Shown here: in pieces, positions 29,361 through 38,260 of the stretch
Position numbering within the stretch: position 1 is the stretch's first letter
Layout of the letters: each line of letters opens with the position of its first letter
IMG/VR virus record: IMGVR_UViG_3300047472_000309
Coordinates: 246,655-310,654 of that record
Direction: 5' to 3' (one strand)
Length of the DNA: 64,000 nucleotides
Made by a program: the position numbers and the translations under genes
Notes under the pieces: generated by a model
The model's input: the letters and a program-made list of their open reading frames with translations, nothing else
Database searches by the model: none
What the model was told of the DNA's origin: nothing

Positions 29361-31312
29361 GCGAAGCAACGAACCTTCAGGCAGCGGAAAAGCCAATCGG
29401 CTACGAGTGCCGGTTCGCCGTGTATTGCCCGCCGCAAAATGGCAGTGAAGATGACTGGCATTTGGTAAAAGAAATCGCCCACTATGCTCCGAGCCCGGCG
29501 CATCCTGAAGGGCGTCGCGAGCCACGCACGCGGCTCGTGAAGAATTACACGTACCCGTTCTGGGTCACGAAGAAGGGTGGTCGTAACCACGAGCAGAAGA
29601 AAGAGTGGGAAGAGCTCACGATGCTCGACCGCTTTGAGTCTACCCGCAGTAAGCGCGATCGCGCGATTGCCAAAGCCCTCGGCATGGGCTGGTTCCAGGG
29701 CGACCCGCGTCAGTTAGCGCGCAGCCCTTACCTGTACGGCTCGGACATTTTGTCGACCGCGGTGCTTAAGAAGACCTACCAGCAGAAGTGGCCTAACCTG
29801 ATGTCGGGCTATTCGGTGGCCTGCTTCGATACGGAAAAGGACGTCGTCTATGGTACTGAAGAAATCAACATGGCCACGCTCTCCTTCGGCAAGAAGGTGT
29901 TCACCGCCGTGCAGAAGTCATTCGTCGAAGGGCTGTCGAATGTGCAAGAGCGCGCGCACGACACCTTCAAGAAGTACCTGTCAGCGATTGACATGAAGGA
30001 CAAGAAGGGCGAGCCGATCACGGTGGATGTGATTGAAAAGCGTGGTCTCCAGTGGGAGCTCGTTATCGTCGATCGTGAGATCGATGTGATTGTCGAGTGC
30101 ATGAAGAAAGCGCATGAGTGGAAGCCCGACTTCGTGGCGATCTGGAACATCGACTTCGACATGCAGATGATGATCAAGGCTTGCGAGCGGGCGGGTTACG
30201 ATCCCGCTCACATCTTCAGTGACCCGTCGGTGCCGCCTGCGTTTCGGCACTTTAAGTACAAGCAAGGTCAGAAGCAAAAGAAGACCGCGTCGGGTAAGAT
30301 CACGCCAATTAAGCCAGCAGATCAGTGGCACAGCGTCTTTACGCCGTCGTCGTTCTACTTCATTGATGCGATGTGCGTGTACCGCAAGATCCGGATTGCC
30401 AAAGGGGAAGAGCCGTCTTATGCCCTGGATGCAATTCTCGATAAGATCCTGGGCGCACGGAAGCTGAAGTTCAAGGAAGCCGAGCAGTACACGAAGCTCG
30501 AGTGGCACCAGTTCATGCAGCTGAACTTTAAGCTCGAGTATATCGTCTACAACGTGTTTGACTGCGTGTCGATGGAAATGCTCGATGAGACCACCCTGGA
30601 CTTACAGGTGGCCTTGCCAGGGGGTTCGGGCTGTTCGGACTTCAGCAACTTCAAGAGCCAGCCGCGTCGCACGGTGGATGACTTGCATTACTTTGCGCTG
30701 GACTTAGGCAAGGTGATTGGGTCGACCTCCGATGAGATGCAGGTGGACCTTGATAAGCTGACGCTCGGCTTGGAAAACTGGATCGTCACCTTGCCTGCGC
30801 ATTTGGTGGCGGACAATGGCTTGAAGCTGATCGAGGAGTATCCGGAACTGCGTACCAATATCCGCGTGCATGTGGCGGACTTGGACGTGTCAGCGTCGTA
30901 CCCGAATGGCGAGGTGGTGTTTAACATCGGCAAGTGTACCACCAAGAAGGAACTGTGTCGGATCGAAGGGGTACCCGAGCAATTGCAGCGTGCCCAGGGG
31001 ATTAACCTCTCGGGCGGTCACACCAACGCGGTCGAATTCTGTGTGGACTTGTATGGGCTGCCCCACATGGAGCAATGGTTGACTGCCTTCCGTCAGAGTC
31101 GCGGCATTCCGGTGGTGCGTGATGCGCTGGAAGATGCGGACCTCGCGAAGATCCAAGCCTGGATTGCTCGTGGTGAAACGCTGAACCCGGTGGAGCACCT
31201 GCCGAATCAGCAGCCTCTGGCCATGACCTTGCCGGGTGCACACCGCGAGTTGGATGCCGATGGTAACTGGATCGACATGACGGACCTCGAAGACGAGCAG
31301 ATGGTCGTATAA
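29357..31312 (+). CDS. Split family-B DNA polymerase, 3'-5' exonuclease/motif-A subunit (phiKZ gp82-like)
   Basis: ExoI FDTE, ExoII WNIDFD, ExoIII YNVFD, polB motif A DLDVSASYPN; no motif B/C; start moved to ATG 29357. Confidence 0.85.
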   Translation: MSEATNLQAAEKPIGYECRFAVYCPPQNGSEDDWHLVKEIAHYAPSPAHPEGRREPRTRLVKNYTYPFWVTKKGGRNHEQKKEWEELTMLDRFESTRSKRDRAIAKALGMGWFQGDPRQLARSPYLYGSDILSTAVLKKTYQQKWPNLMSGYSVACFDTEKDVVYGTEEINMATLSFGKKVFTAVQKSFVEGLSNVQERAHDTFKKYLSAIDMKDKKGEPITVDVIEKRGLQWELVIVDREIDVIVECMKKAHEWKPDFVAIWNIDFDMQMMIKACERAGYDPAHIFSDPSVPPAFRHFKYKQGQKQKKTASGKITPIKPADQWHSVFTPSSFYFIDAMCVYRKIRIAKGEEPSYALDAILDKILGARKLKFKEAEQYTKLEWHQFMQLNFKLEYIVYNVFDCVSMEMLDETTLDLQVALPGGSGCSDFSNFKSQPRRTVDDLHYFALDLGKVIGSTSDEMQVDLDKLTLGLENWIVTLPAHLVADNGLKLIEEYPELRTNIRVHVADLDVSASYPNGEVVFNIGKCTTKKELCRIEGVPEQLQRAQGINLSGGHTNAVEFCVDLYGLPHMEQWLTAFRQSRGIPVVRDALEDADLAKIQAWIARGETLNPVEHLPNQQPLAMTLPGAHRELDADGNWIDMTDLEDEQMVV

Positions 31313-31317
31313 AGACC

Positions 31318-31374
31318 AAAAAAAAAGAGGACAGCATAATCGCCCTCCCCATTATGGGGAGGGCTTATGCCGTC
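31318..31374. terminator. Bidirectional terminator; T9 tract on the minus strand
   Basis: GCCCTCCCCA-TTA-TGGGGAGGGC flanked by GCATAA and TTATGCCG; A9 at 31318-31326. Confidence 0.75.
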
Positions 31375-32307
31375 TTACTCGTTTTTGAGGTTATAGTCCT
31401 TATCGACAAAACCCGCTGTAGCGATGTTCTTAGCATTGCGCATAAACGGGTTCCACCAAAAAAGCCTGCCGCGAACAGACTTAAAGTGACCTCTTACCAG
31501 ATGTGCCCGACGCAGTGCGATGTCGTCACTCGGATTCAAGGCGGCTTCTATGTCTTCTAGCGACTTGTAAACTTTTCTGGTTCGGTAAATATCCAGGACA
31601 TGGTATTCCAGATGCGGATGAAAGACCTTGGGGATCTTTTCTTTTTCTTTACGGCTGGGACGATAAAGATGCAGCTCACTGTTAGAGACATTCATGAACA
31701 GCAACGTCTCAAAAACCGTTTGGATCGCAGCATTCATCACGTTAAGTAGATGAATGTTAAAGTACTCCTGATCAATTGCGACGCCCATCTTGGTGGCGTA
31801 CTCGTGTTCAATCGCACGGTAAGTGGCATTGACGTCGGCTTGACTCATGATGCAGTCCGCGGCATGAGAGTGCGGTCTCGGGTCATCCACGTCGAGCATG
31901 TGCGCGAGCACTCGCATTGCCTGAACATAGCCGTCGCGACTGATGCTGGTGAGCTTGAATTCGTAGATCAGCGTGTCAGCTGTGCCATTGGTAAACGAAC
32001 CGTGCTCCACCAACATGCCCTCTTCGCCGTTTTCAATAAAGAGCATTTCAAACGGCATTTTGACGTAGCGCCGATAGAGATCAATCCGCTTCATGTGCTT
32101 CGCGTCACTTATGTTCTCTTCGCCAGCCCATTGACGACGCATTTGGGTGTAGGCGTCGACGCTAAAGTCAAAGATTTCTTTAGGCGCAATGATTTTCGTT
32201 GCGGCCAGAATCTTCTTTCTAATTTCAAGCTGTTCGGCACGCTCGGTTCGAGCTGTATTCATGTACGGCAGCTCGACATTCTTGGCGATACGTTGTGAAA
32301 GCAACAT
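31375..32307 (-). CDS. Hypothetical early protein with a C-terminal HxVRGH motif
   Basis: 310 aa; PFEMLFIE and RRAHLVRGHFK..FWWNPF; SD AAGGAGA. Confidence 0.7.
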   Translation of the reverse strand: MLLSQRIAKNVELPYMNTARTERAEQLEIRKKILAATKIIAPKEIFDFSVDAYTQMRRQWAGEENISDAKHMKRIDLYRRYVKMPFEMLFIENGEEGMLVEHGSFTNGTADTLIYEFKLTSISRDGYVQAMRVLAHMLDVDDPRPHSHAADCIMSQADVNATYRAIEHEYATKMGVAIDQEYFNIHLLNVMNAAIQTVFETLLFMNVSNSELHLYRPSRKEKEKIPKVFHPHLEYHVLDIYRTRKVYKSLEDIEAALNPSDDIALRRAHLVRGHFKSVRGRLFWWNPFMRNAKNIATAGFVDKDYNLKNE

Positions 32308-32380
32308 CTCATTCTCCTTGTTTTGATCAACTCATTCCAGAACAGCAGGAGGGCGAAGCCTCCCTGTCTTGTTACTCTTC

Positions 32381-32860
32381 TTATTTCGTCATGAAGAGGT
32401 CGCCACACCAGTTCAGGTTATCAACCGTGAGCGAGAACGTGTCGTTTGAGATGTCGATCTTTGTCGAATCACGATCGATGAGGAAGGTAACTTCCATATA
32501 GCCGACATCCGGACCCTTGGCCTTTTCGCGTTCGTAGGCGCGACAGAGATAGAGCAGGTCATCCTTACTGTGCTCGACGCTGACATCCGTAGAACCGTCA
32601 CCGAACGGCTCCACGCTATCGAGGAAGCACGCGAGGAGCACGTCGAGGTATTCGAACGCATCAGTGCTCACGATCAGTGCTGTGCGGCCGCCATCCTCGT
32701 CTTTATCACGCTCGACAGTGCTCATCAAAAACTTCTCTTCGTTGTCGAAGCCTGCACTGTACTCCATGTGTACGCCCGCACATTTAGCAGCACGAATGAT
32801 AAAGCCGTCTTCCGCACGGATGAGTTTGTTCAGCGCATTCAACGCAGCTTGGTTACTCAT
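32381..32860 (-). CDS. Hypothetical early protein
   Basis: 159-aa acidic ORF; SD AGGAGA. Confidence 0.7.
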   Translation of the reverse strand: MSNQAALNALNKLIRAEDGFIIRAAKCAGVHMEYSAGFDNEEKFLMSTVERDKDEDGGRTALIVSTDAFEYLDVLLACFLDSVEPFGDGSTDVSVEHSKDDLLYLCRAYEREKAKGPDVGYMEVTFLIDRDSTKIDISNDTFSLTVDNLNWCGDLFMTK

Positions 32861-32929
32861 GATACTCTCCTGGTTTATTGATCAACTCTAAAGGTCATAG
32901 GCGGGAGGCCGAAGCCTCCCGTTACGTCA

Positions 32930-33625
32930 TTACTGCCACGGCATCCTGGACGGACTATCCGTATCTTTACGCTCGGCTTCGCGACGAGCTGCCGCTGCGT
33001 ACTGTCCTGCCAACACCCTGGTACGACCAGCACTCAACCCAAGCGTAGCCGAGATTGTCAGGTACGTAAAACCGCGGGCATGCAGATCGTGAATCACCTT
33101 ACTCAGCAGCATGGCTGCGCAATGAACCAAGTGATTAGCCCGTTGAACATCGCGACTGAGATAAAGGGTGTTATGCGCCTCGGTCACCCAGGCCCATTGC
33201 CCGTCTGTCAGCACTTGATCGAGCTTGTGCAGCGCACGAATTCGATTCACGTGCTCTTTAAAACGCTGGTGGTAAGTGCGCCGAGCTTTCTCGGTTTTGT
33301 CTTTCGCCATCCGAACACGGGCCTCTTCGATGAGTTCGTTGTACTTCTTCATGGCGAAGCTGCGCACACTCTCGATGTAATCGCGATCGGGATCATGCGG
33401 GCTGTGCTCCCAGTCTCGATCAAACTCAGCGGTCCAGCTCACAGCCAAGTCAAACAGTCCCCGCGAACCATTCAACAAATCCATCAGTGCGCCGTTAAGC
33501 TCGCGGTCCGCTTTGGACCACAGCATGCCGAGCTCCATCGAGATGTCAAAGAGGATCTCTTGCTGGCGTTGCAGATCCAATTCGGTCGGACCTGTCGGCG
33601 CCGGTGATGCATAACCGTTGCTCAT
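32930..33625 (-). CDS. Hypothetical early protein, possible C-terminal HTH
   Basis: Start MSNGY; C-terminal LHARGFTYLTISATLGLSAGRTR resembles a helix-turn-helix. Confidence 0.65.
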   Translation of the reverse strand: MSNGYASPAPTGPTELDLQRQQEILFDISMELGMLWSKADRELNGALMDLLNGSRGLFDLAVSWTAEFDRDWEHSPHDPDRDYIESVRSFAMKKYNELIEEARVRMAKDKTEKARRTYHQRFKEHVNRIRALHKLDQVLTDGQWAWVTEAHNTLYLSRDVQRANHLVHCAAMLLSKVIHDLHARGFTYLTISATLGLSAGRTRVLAGQYAAAARREAERKDTDSPSRMPWQ

Positions 33626-33663
33626 TGTTTTCTCCTTGTTTCTGATCAATTCATTCCACTGCG

Positions 33664-34710
33664 TTAGTCCAGGTACTCGATACGAAAGCTCGTCACCGGG
33701 TAGCCGTCACAACCGTGACTGTTAGCTTCGAGTTCTTCCTGATCCACTACGCCCGGATAGGCTTCATCGAGTTCAGCCACCCGAACGCAATCGCACTCGT
33801 AGTTGCCTTCTTCCCAGTTGTAGATCGCAACACGGCTCTCGACCCCGTAGCCGAAGTCCTTTTGGATCTCGTACTCTTTACCGCGGTAAAGTAAAGTCAG
33901 CGTGGCGACGGTGCGCTTACGCAGCATGGGACCTTCTGCTTCGTCAAACACCAGCGTATTGAAGTGCTGAGGCAAGAGCGTTAGGAACTCCTGCATCTGC
34001 TTCTTGTAAAACTCGCGATCTTCCGCCGAGTCAAAGAACTTCACCGTGTACTGGGGCGTACCGCCGTCGGAGCGCGGTTGGTTGGGCTGACCGTAGCGAC
34101 CTACAAAGAGGGGGTTACCGCAGGCTGCACCATGCCAGCGCAACTGGTATTCCTTCTTGATGTGCTGCTCGGCCGTCTTGAGGAATCGCAGGTCTTCTTC
34201 GAACACCGCCTCGAAGATTTCGCACTCCGGAATTCGATTGGCCACAAAGGTCTTTTCCATGACCCATTGTTTAAAGTCTTCTGGCGGCTCGACATTGTGT
34301 TCGCGCACGTAATGCATGAAACCTTCTGGCCAGCACCAGTCTTCGATACGGAACTCACGATAGCCATTGCTGACCATCTTGTCGCCGTCTTCACTGGCTA
34401 CGCTGCAGCAACGGCACCACGAGGAACCCCGGTAGTGCTCGATGAATTGGTAGATGAACTGCCAACGCGGCATGAGTGGATTGTATTGCCAGAACGGGAT
34501 CGAGGGCTTGCCCGTGATCTGACGGGCTTCGAAGTCATCATTCCAGACCTTCGATGCCTTCTGTACAGTGACCAACTCGTTCCAGTAGACGGCTTCGATC
34601 CAAGCCAGGTTGAGCAGAAACTCGTCTTGTCCTACCCACTTCTCTTTCTGCGCGAGCGGCATCGGAAAGGACGGTTCTGCATCGCTGTACCAAAATCCAA
34701 CCTGTTTCAT
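33664..34710 (-). CDS. Hypothetical early protein with a Cys/His (putative Zn) domain
   Basis: YRGSSWCRCC...NG..E....WCWPEGFMHYVREHNVEPP; C-terminal NYECDC..HGC. Confidence 0.7.
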   Translation of the reverse strand: MKQVGFWYSDAEPSFPMPLAQKEKWVGQDEFLLNLAWIEAVYWNELVTVQKASKVWNDDFEARQITGKPSIPFWQYNPLMPRWQFIYQFIEHYRGSSWCRCCSVASEDGDKMVSNGYREFRIEDWCWPEGFMHYVREHNVEPPEDFKQWVMEKTFVANRIPECEIFEAVFEEDLRFLKTAEQHIKKEYQLRWHGAACGNPLFVGRYGQPNQPRSDGGTPQYTVKFFDSAEDREFYKKQMQEFLTLLPQHFNTLVFDEAEGPMLRKRTVATLTLLYRGKEYEIQKDFGYGVESRVAIYNWEEGNYECDCVRVAELDEAYPGVVDQEELEANSHGCDGYPVTSFRIEYLD

Positions 34711-34747
34711 GTTCTTCTCCTGTAATCAACTCATTCCGTACTGCGTT

Positions 34748-35383
34748 TTAAGCGGCGTACTTGCCGGGGTTGTTTGCCTTGTGTCGACGCACCAGGTGAT
34801 CCCACGGACAGAAACGCCCGTCAGTGAACGCCTGGTTGTAGCGGGCCTTGAATGCCTCAATGAATTCCTCTCCGCCAGCAAGGGCTTCGGCAATCAAGAG
34901 GTCTTCATTGGCCGAAGCTGCCCGCCATGACTTGTTGTCATCGGTGTACTCGTAAGTCCAGTCGTGACGATCGAGCTTTTCCTTGAAGTGATCGATCGGA
35001 CGCATGAACTTCTCCCGCATCTGCGCAATGCGTTGCTTGTACATCTCGGCGGTGTTCTGCTGTGCTTGACGCACGGCGGCGTGCACGATACCCGAGATCA
35101 TCTCTTCACGGGCCTGGTGAAACGCATCCACGCCGCGAGGACCTAACTGCATCGCACGGGCAAAGAGACGGTCTTCCTCTTTGAAGCGCGTGCAGAAGTC
35201 GCAGTAGGAGTTGGTGAAGTTGGACCACTGGTGCTTCTCGAGTGCAGCGACGAACTGCTCGAGGGTCTCAGTCGGTCGACGCGCATCGCGCTTGAGCGCA
35301 GGACGCTCGCTACGCAGCGTGGGTTCAGTACGCTCGACACGGCGGGGATCACGTTGCTGCAGCAATTGGGGGGCACGAATCAT
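34748..35383 (-). CDS. Hypothetical early protein with an internal duplication
   Basis: Start MIRAP; two related units (LEKHQW.. and LDRHDWTYEYTDD). Confidence 0.65.
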   Translation of the reverse strand: MIRAPQLLQQRDPRRVERTEPTLRSERPALKRDARRPTETLEQFVAALEKHQWSNFTNSYCDFCTRFKEEDRLFARAMQLGPRGVDAFHQAREEMISGIVHAAVRQAQQNTAEMYKQRIAQMREKFMRPIDHFKEKLDRHDWTYEYTDDNKSWRAASANEDLLIAEALAGGEEFIEAFKARYNQAFTDGRFCPWDHLVRRHKANNPGKYAA

Positions 35384-35468
35384 GATGGTTAGTTCCCTTG
35401 TAGTCAACAATAATAAAAGTTATTAGTAATTACCCATCTACTGGATGGGTCTCCCGCGTAACAATTGT

Positions 35469-35476
35469 GTAATATA
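35469..35476 (-). promoter_or_regulatory. phiKZ-type early (virion RNAP) promoter TATATTAC
   Basis: Exact match in an AT-rich gap upstream of the accessory operon. Confidence 0.75.
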
Positions 35477-35534
35477 GATCCGAAAACTTCTAGGATCGAC
35501 GTCATAAAGGCGAGCCCGTAGGCCCGCCTCGCAT

Positions 35535-36383
35535 TTATGCCCCGTAAAGTGACGTGCAAGCGCTGTAGTTATTCGCCATCTTGATGTCGTACTGATTGGC
35601 GGCGTAGTTCGGACCGTTGTAGACCTTCGCGAAGAGCGCCCAGTTACGTGCTTTCAGGGCCGTCTGCAATTGACCGCTCGCGTACTTCTGGCAGAACGAA
35701 ACGAACGCCATTAGGTGTGCGTCTTCAGACTTGCGCATGGCGGTCACAAAGGAACCCACGTCGGCGTAACCACAGAACGAGAAGTTCTCGCCCATGATTT
35801 GGAACAGTCCCCAGGAAGCGGACATCATCGCACATTCCGGGTCAATCGCAAACGCCCGGTTAAAGCGCGGATACTCACCCGCACCACCCGAGTAGCCACC
35901 CGACTGCGGATTGCAGATGTCACTGTTGCCCGCAGCCATCAGCTTATTCACTTGCGCCTGGCCGTACTTCTTCACCAGGTAGCTGTAGAACTTGTGACGC
36001 TCAAAGAGGATGATGCACCGCCCATCGGGCAAGAAGCCCGCGCCGCTGGTTTCAGTCATGCACACAGCCCGCACGGCTGATTGACCAATACCCAACAACT
36101 GCGCGGCATCCACGTAGTCCGGGGTTTGCAGATACTTGCCCGTGATAAACGCATCCAGCAGATTCTGGGTCGATGCGTCGTAAAGACCCGTAGCCGGAAT
36201 GCCTTGCTTGGTCTGGTATTGGGTAAGCGCGGCAATCGAGAGCGGACCAAAGTTACCATCCGGTTTCAATGGAGGCGTCACGCCCTGTTTTTCATTCAGT
36301 GCTTTCTGAATGCCCTTGGTGTAATCGATGTCAAACTGGTTCGGTACCGCAGCACCCAGCTTCACTGGTGTGATCAGAGTCAT
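35535..36383 (-). CDS. Modular endolysin: peptidoglycan-binding domain plus N-acetylmuramidase (DUF3380-type)
   Basis: DGNFGPLS..AL..YQ..QG; ILFERHKF, SASWGLFQIMGEN, WALFAKVYNG; start MTLITP. Confidence 0.9.
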   Translation of the reverse strand: MTLITPVKLGAAVPNQFDIDYTKGIQKALNEKQGVTPPLKPDGNFGPLSIAALTQYQTKQGIPATGLYDASTQNLLDAFITGKYLQTPDYVDAAQLLGIGQSAVRAVCMTETSGAGFLPDGRCIILFERHKFYSYLVKKYGQAQVNKLMAAGNSDICNPQSGGYSGGAGEYPRFNRAFAIDPECAMMSASWGLFQIMGENFSFCGYADVGSFVTAMRKSEDAHLMAFVSFCQKYASGQLQTALKARNWALFAKVYNGPNYAANQYDIKMANNYSACTSLYGA

Positions 36384-36481
36384 CCCTACTCCCTTAACGT
36401 AATAGAACCCCCGAGGCATGGAACCCCGCTATAGGATTCCATGACCTCGAGGGCGCTATGCCGCTAAAGCAGCCGTACTAC

Positions 36482-38164
36482 TTACTTGTCCAGCGTTTGC
36501 AGATGCTCGATCACTGCCTGACGATGCTTCGGCTCGAGCTTCTCGAGAAAGCCGATGACCGAATGAATCACGCGGTGCTCGAACTCTTCTGCTTCTTGCA
36601 TGATCTTGTCGATCAGACCGAGACCGGCTTCCGTCACCTGATGTTCCGGTTCAGCCGGGGTTTCCGGCTCGGGCGGCAGTTCGGGGGTCGGATCGACCGG
36701 CACTTCCGGCGTGACCGGTTGCACCGGGTCCGTCGGTTGCGTCGAATCAGCGGGCGTGTCACCAGCAGCCGGTTGCTCAGCGCCAGTAGCATCGCCACCA
36801 GTCGAAGCATCGGTTGCCGGAGCCGAAGGGTCCGTGGCGTCACCTGCCACCGGATCGGTCGGTTCTTGTGCCGGGGTGTCACCACCTTCTGCCGGGGTAT
36901 CGCTACCTGCGGCTTGGTCGTCGGCGGGCGCGGCCGGTTGTTCCGGGGTCACTGGGTCCGTGGTTTGACCAGCGTCCGCTGCATCGCTGTCTCCAGCCGG
37001 AGCGCCAGTGTCGGCAGCCGGGGCTTCGGGAGCGGCAGGAACGTCACCCGTAGCGACGTCTTGATCAGCAGCCGGAGCTGCCGGTTCGTCCGTCGTTGCT
37101 GCGGGTGCATCGGCCGGAGCTTCAGCCGCCGGATCTTGCACGACAGGTGCAGCATCGGTCGAAGCGCTATCTGCCGCGGCCGGTTGTGCATCAGTGCCCG
37201 CGTCTTGAGCGACAGGGCTATCCGTTGCTGCTCCTGCAGCGTCTGCCGCAGGTTGGTCTTGTTGTGCATCATTCGAATCCGTCGATGCAGCAGGGGCTTC
37301 CGGTTGAACAGCAACCGGGGCCGGGTCCACTGCTACCGGTTGTTCCGGCACGACGCCTGCATTGGCTGCCGGATCGACTTCAGCGGGTGCCGGTTCGACT
37401 TGGTCGTCGGCGGGGGCTGCAGGCACTTCCGGCTGGACTTCGGCCGGTTGGTCTGCAGGTTGTTCAGCGGGCGTGTCCACAGCCGGGGCGACCGGATCGG
37501 TCGACGACGGTTGGGTCTGCTCGATGACTTCTTCGTCCGAGGGCGAGGCGGGGACAGGTTGAACCGCAACCGGTTCATCCGATTCTGCGGGAGCTTGGGC
37601 CGGATCGACAGCTACGGGAGCTGCCGGATCTTGAGCCGCTGTATCGCCAGCGTCGGTTCCCGAAACGGGTTGCGTCTCTTGTCCAGCATCGACTGCCGGG
37701 GTATCCGTCGCTGCAGGTACGTCAGCGACGAGCGGGTCTGCTCCAGCGGGCGCAACTTCAGGCGCCACGACCGGTTCGACCGCGCTGCTATCCACATCTG
37801 CAGAACCTGCTCCTGCGTCAGCGGCGGGTTGTTCTTGCGTTGCATTGGCTTGTACATCGTCCGTTGCCGGAGCGACGTCCGTCGTGGCCGGGGTAGCAGC
37901 TGCGGCGGCTGCGGCGGCTTGCGCGACGTTGGCAGCAGCTTGGGCAACCGTAATCCCTGCCGGTTGGATCAGCCCGTGACTGTCGAGCTCTTCACCTTCT
38001 TGCAGCGAGTACTGTTGCGCTTGGCCGTTGCTATCGAGGTACGTCACGACGATTTGGCTTGCGGACGAAACAGGCGCAGACTGGTCTTGATCTGCGGCTG
38101 GAATGTTATTGGTTTGACCAGCTTCCGCTTGCTGGTCTTGCGTTTGCGCTTGCACGTCCGACAT
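36482..38164 (-). CDS. Acidic Ala/Pro/Asp-rich intrinsically disordered protein
   Basis: Start MSDVQ with SD AGGAGAG; ~450 aa of low complexity; helical C-terminus. Confidence 0.7.
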   Translation of the reverse strand: MSDVQAQTQDQQAEAGQTNNIPAADQDQSAPVSSASQIVVTYLDSNGQAQQYSLQEGEELDSHGLIQPAGITVAQAAANVAQAAAAAAAATPATTDVAPATDDVQANATQEQPAADAGAGSADVDSSAVEPVVAPEVAPAGADPLVADVPAATDTPAVDAGQETQPVSGTDAGDTAAQDPAAPVAVDPAQAPAESDEPVAVQPVPASPSDEEVIEQTQPSSTDPVAPAVDTPAEQPADQPAEVQPEVPAAPADDQVEPAPAEVDPAANAGVVPEQPVAVDPAPVAVQPEAPAASTDSNDAQQDQPAADAAGAATDSPVAQDAGTDAQPAAADSASTDAAPVVQDPAAEAPADAPAATTDEPAAPAADQDVATGDVPAAPEAPAADTGAPAGDSDAADAGQTTDPVTPEQPAAPADDQAAGSDTPAEGGDTPAQEPTDPVAGDATDPSAPATDASTGGDATGAEQPAAGDTPADSTQPTDPVQPVTPEVPVDPTPELPPEPETPAEPEHQVTEAGLGLIDKIMQEAEEFEHRVIHSVIGFLEKLEPKHRQAVIEHLQTLDK

Positions 38165-38190
38165 TACTACTCTCCTGGTTGGGTTATGGA

Positions 38191-38223
38191 GCATAAGCAG
38201 CGCTCCATAGAATTGGAGCGCTG
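38191..38223 (-). terminator. Hairpin followed by TTATGC; the loop overlaps a late-promoter-like ATTCTATG
   Basis: CAGCGCTCCA-TAGAAT-TGGAGCGCTG. Confidence 0.6.
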
Positions 38224-38260
38224 GAAGTTTATTTTGCTTATGCTTGCAACCCGTCTAGGA

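Larger units (their letters stand above)
32313..34737 (-). repeat. Four copies of a conserved leader GGAATGAGTTGAT(C)-N-AGGAGA (32313-32338, 32866-32888, 33631-33657, 34716-34737)
   Basis: Read directly upstream of four consecutive start codons. Confidence 0.75.

Noticed and set aside
32313-34737. CRISPR array interpretation of the leader repeat
   Set aside because: The spacers are whole genes (0.5-1.1 kb), the repeats are degenerate and include the SD, and there are no cas genes
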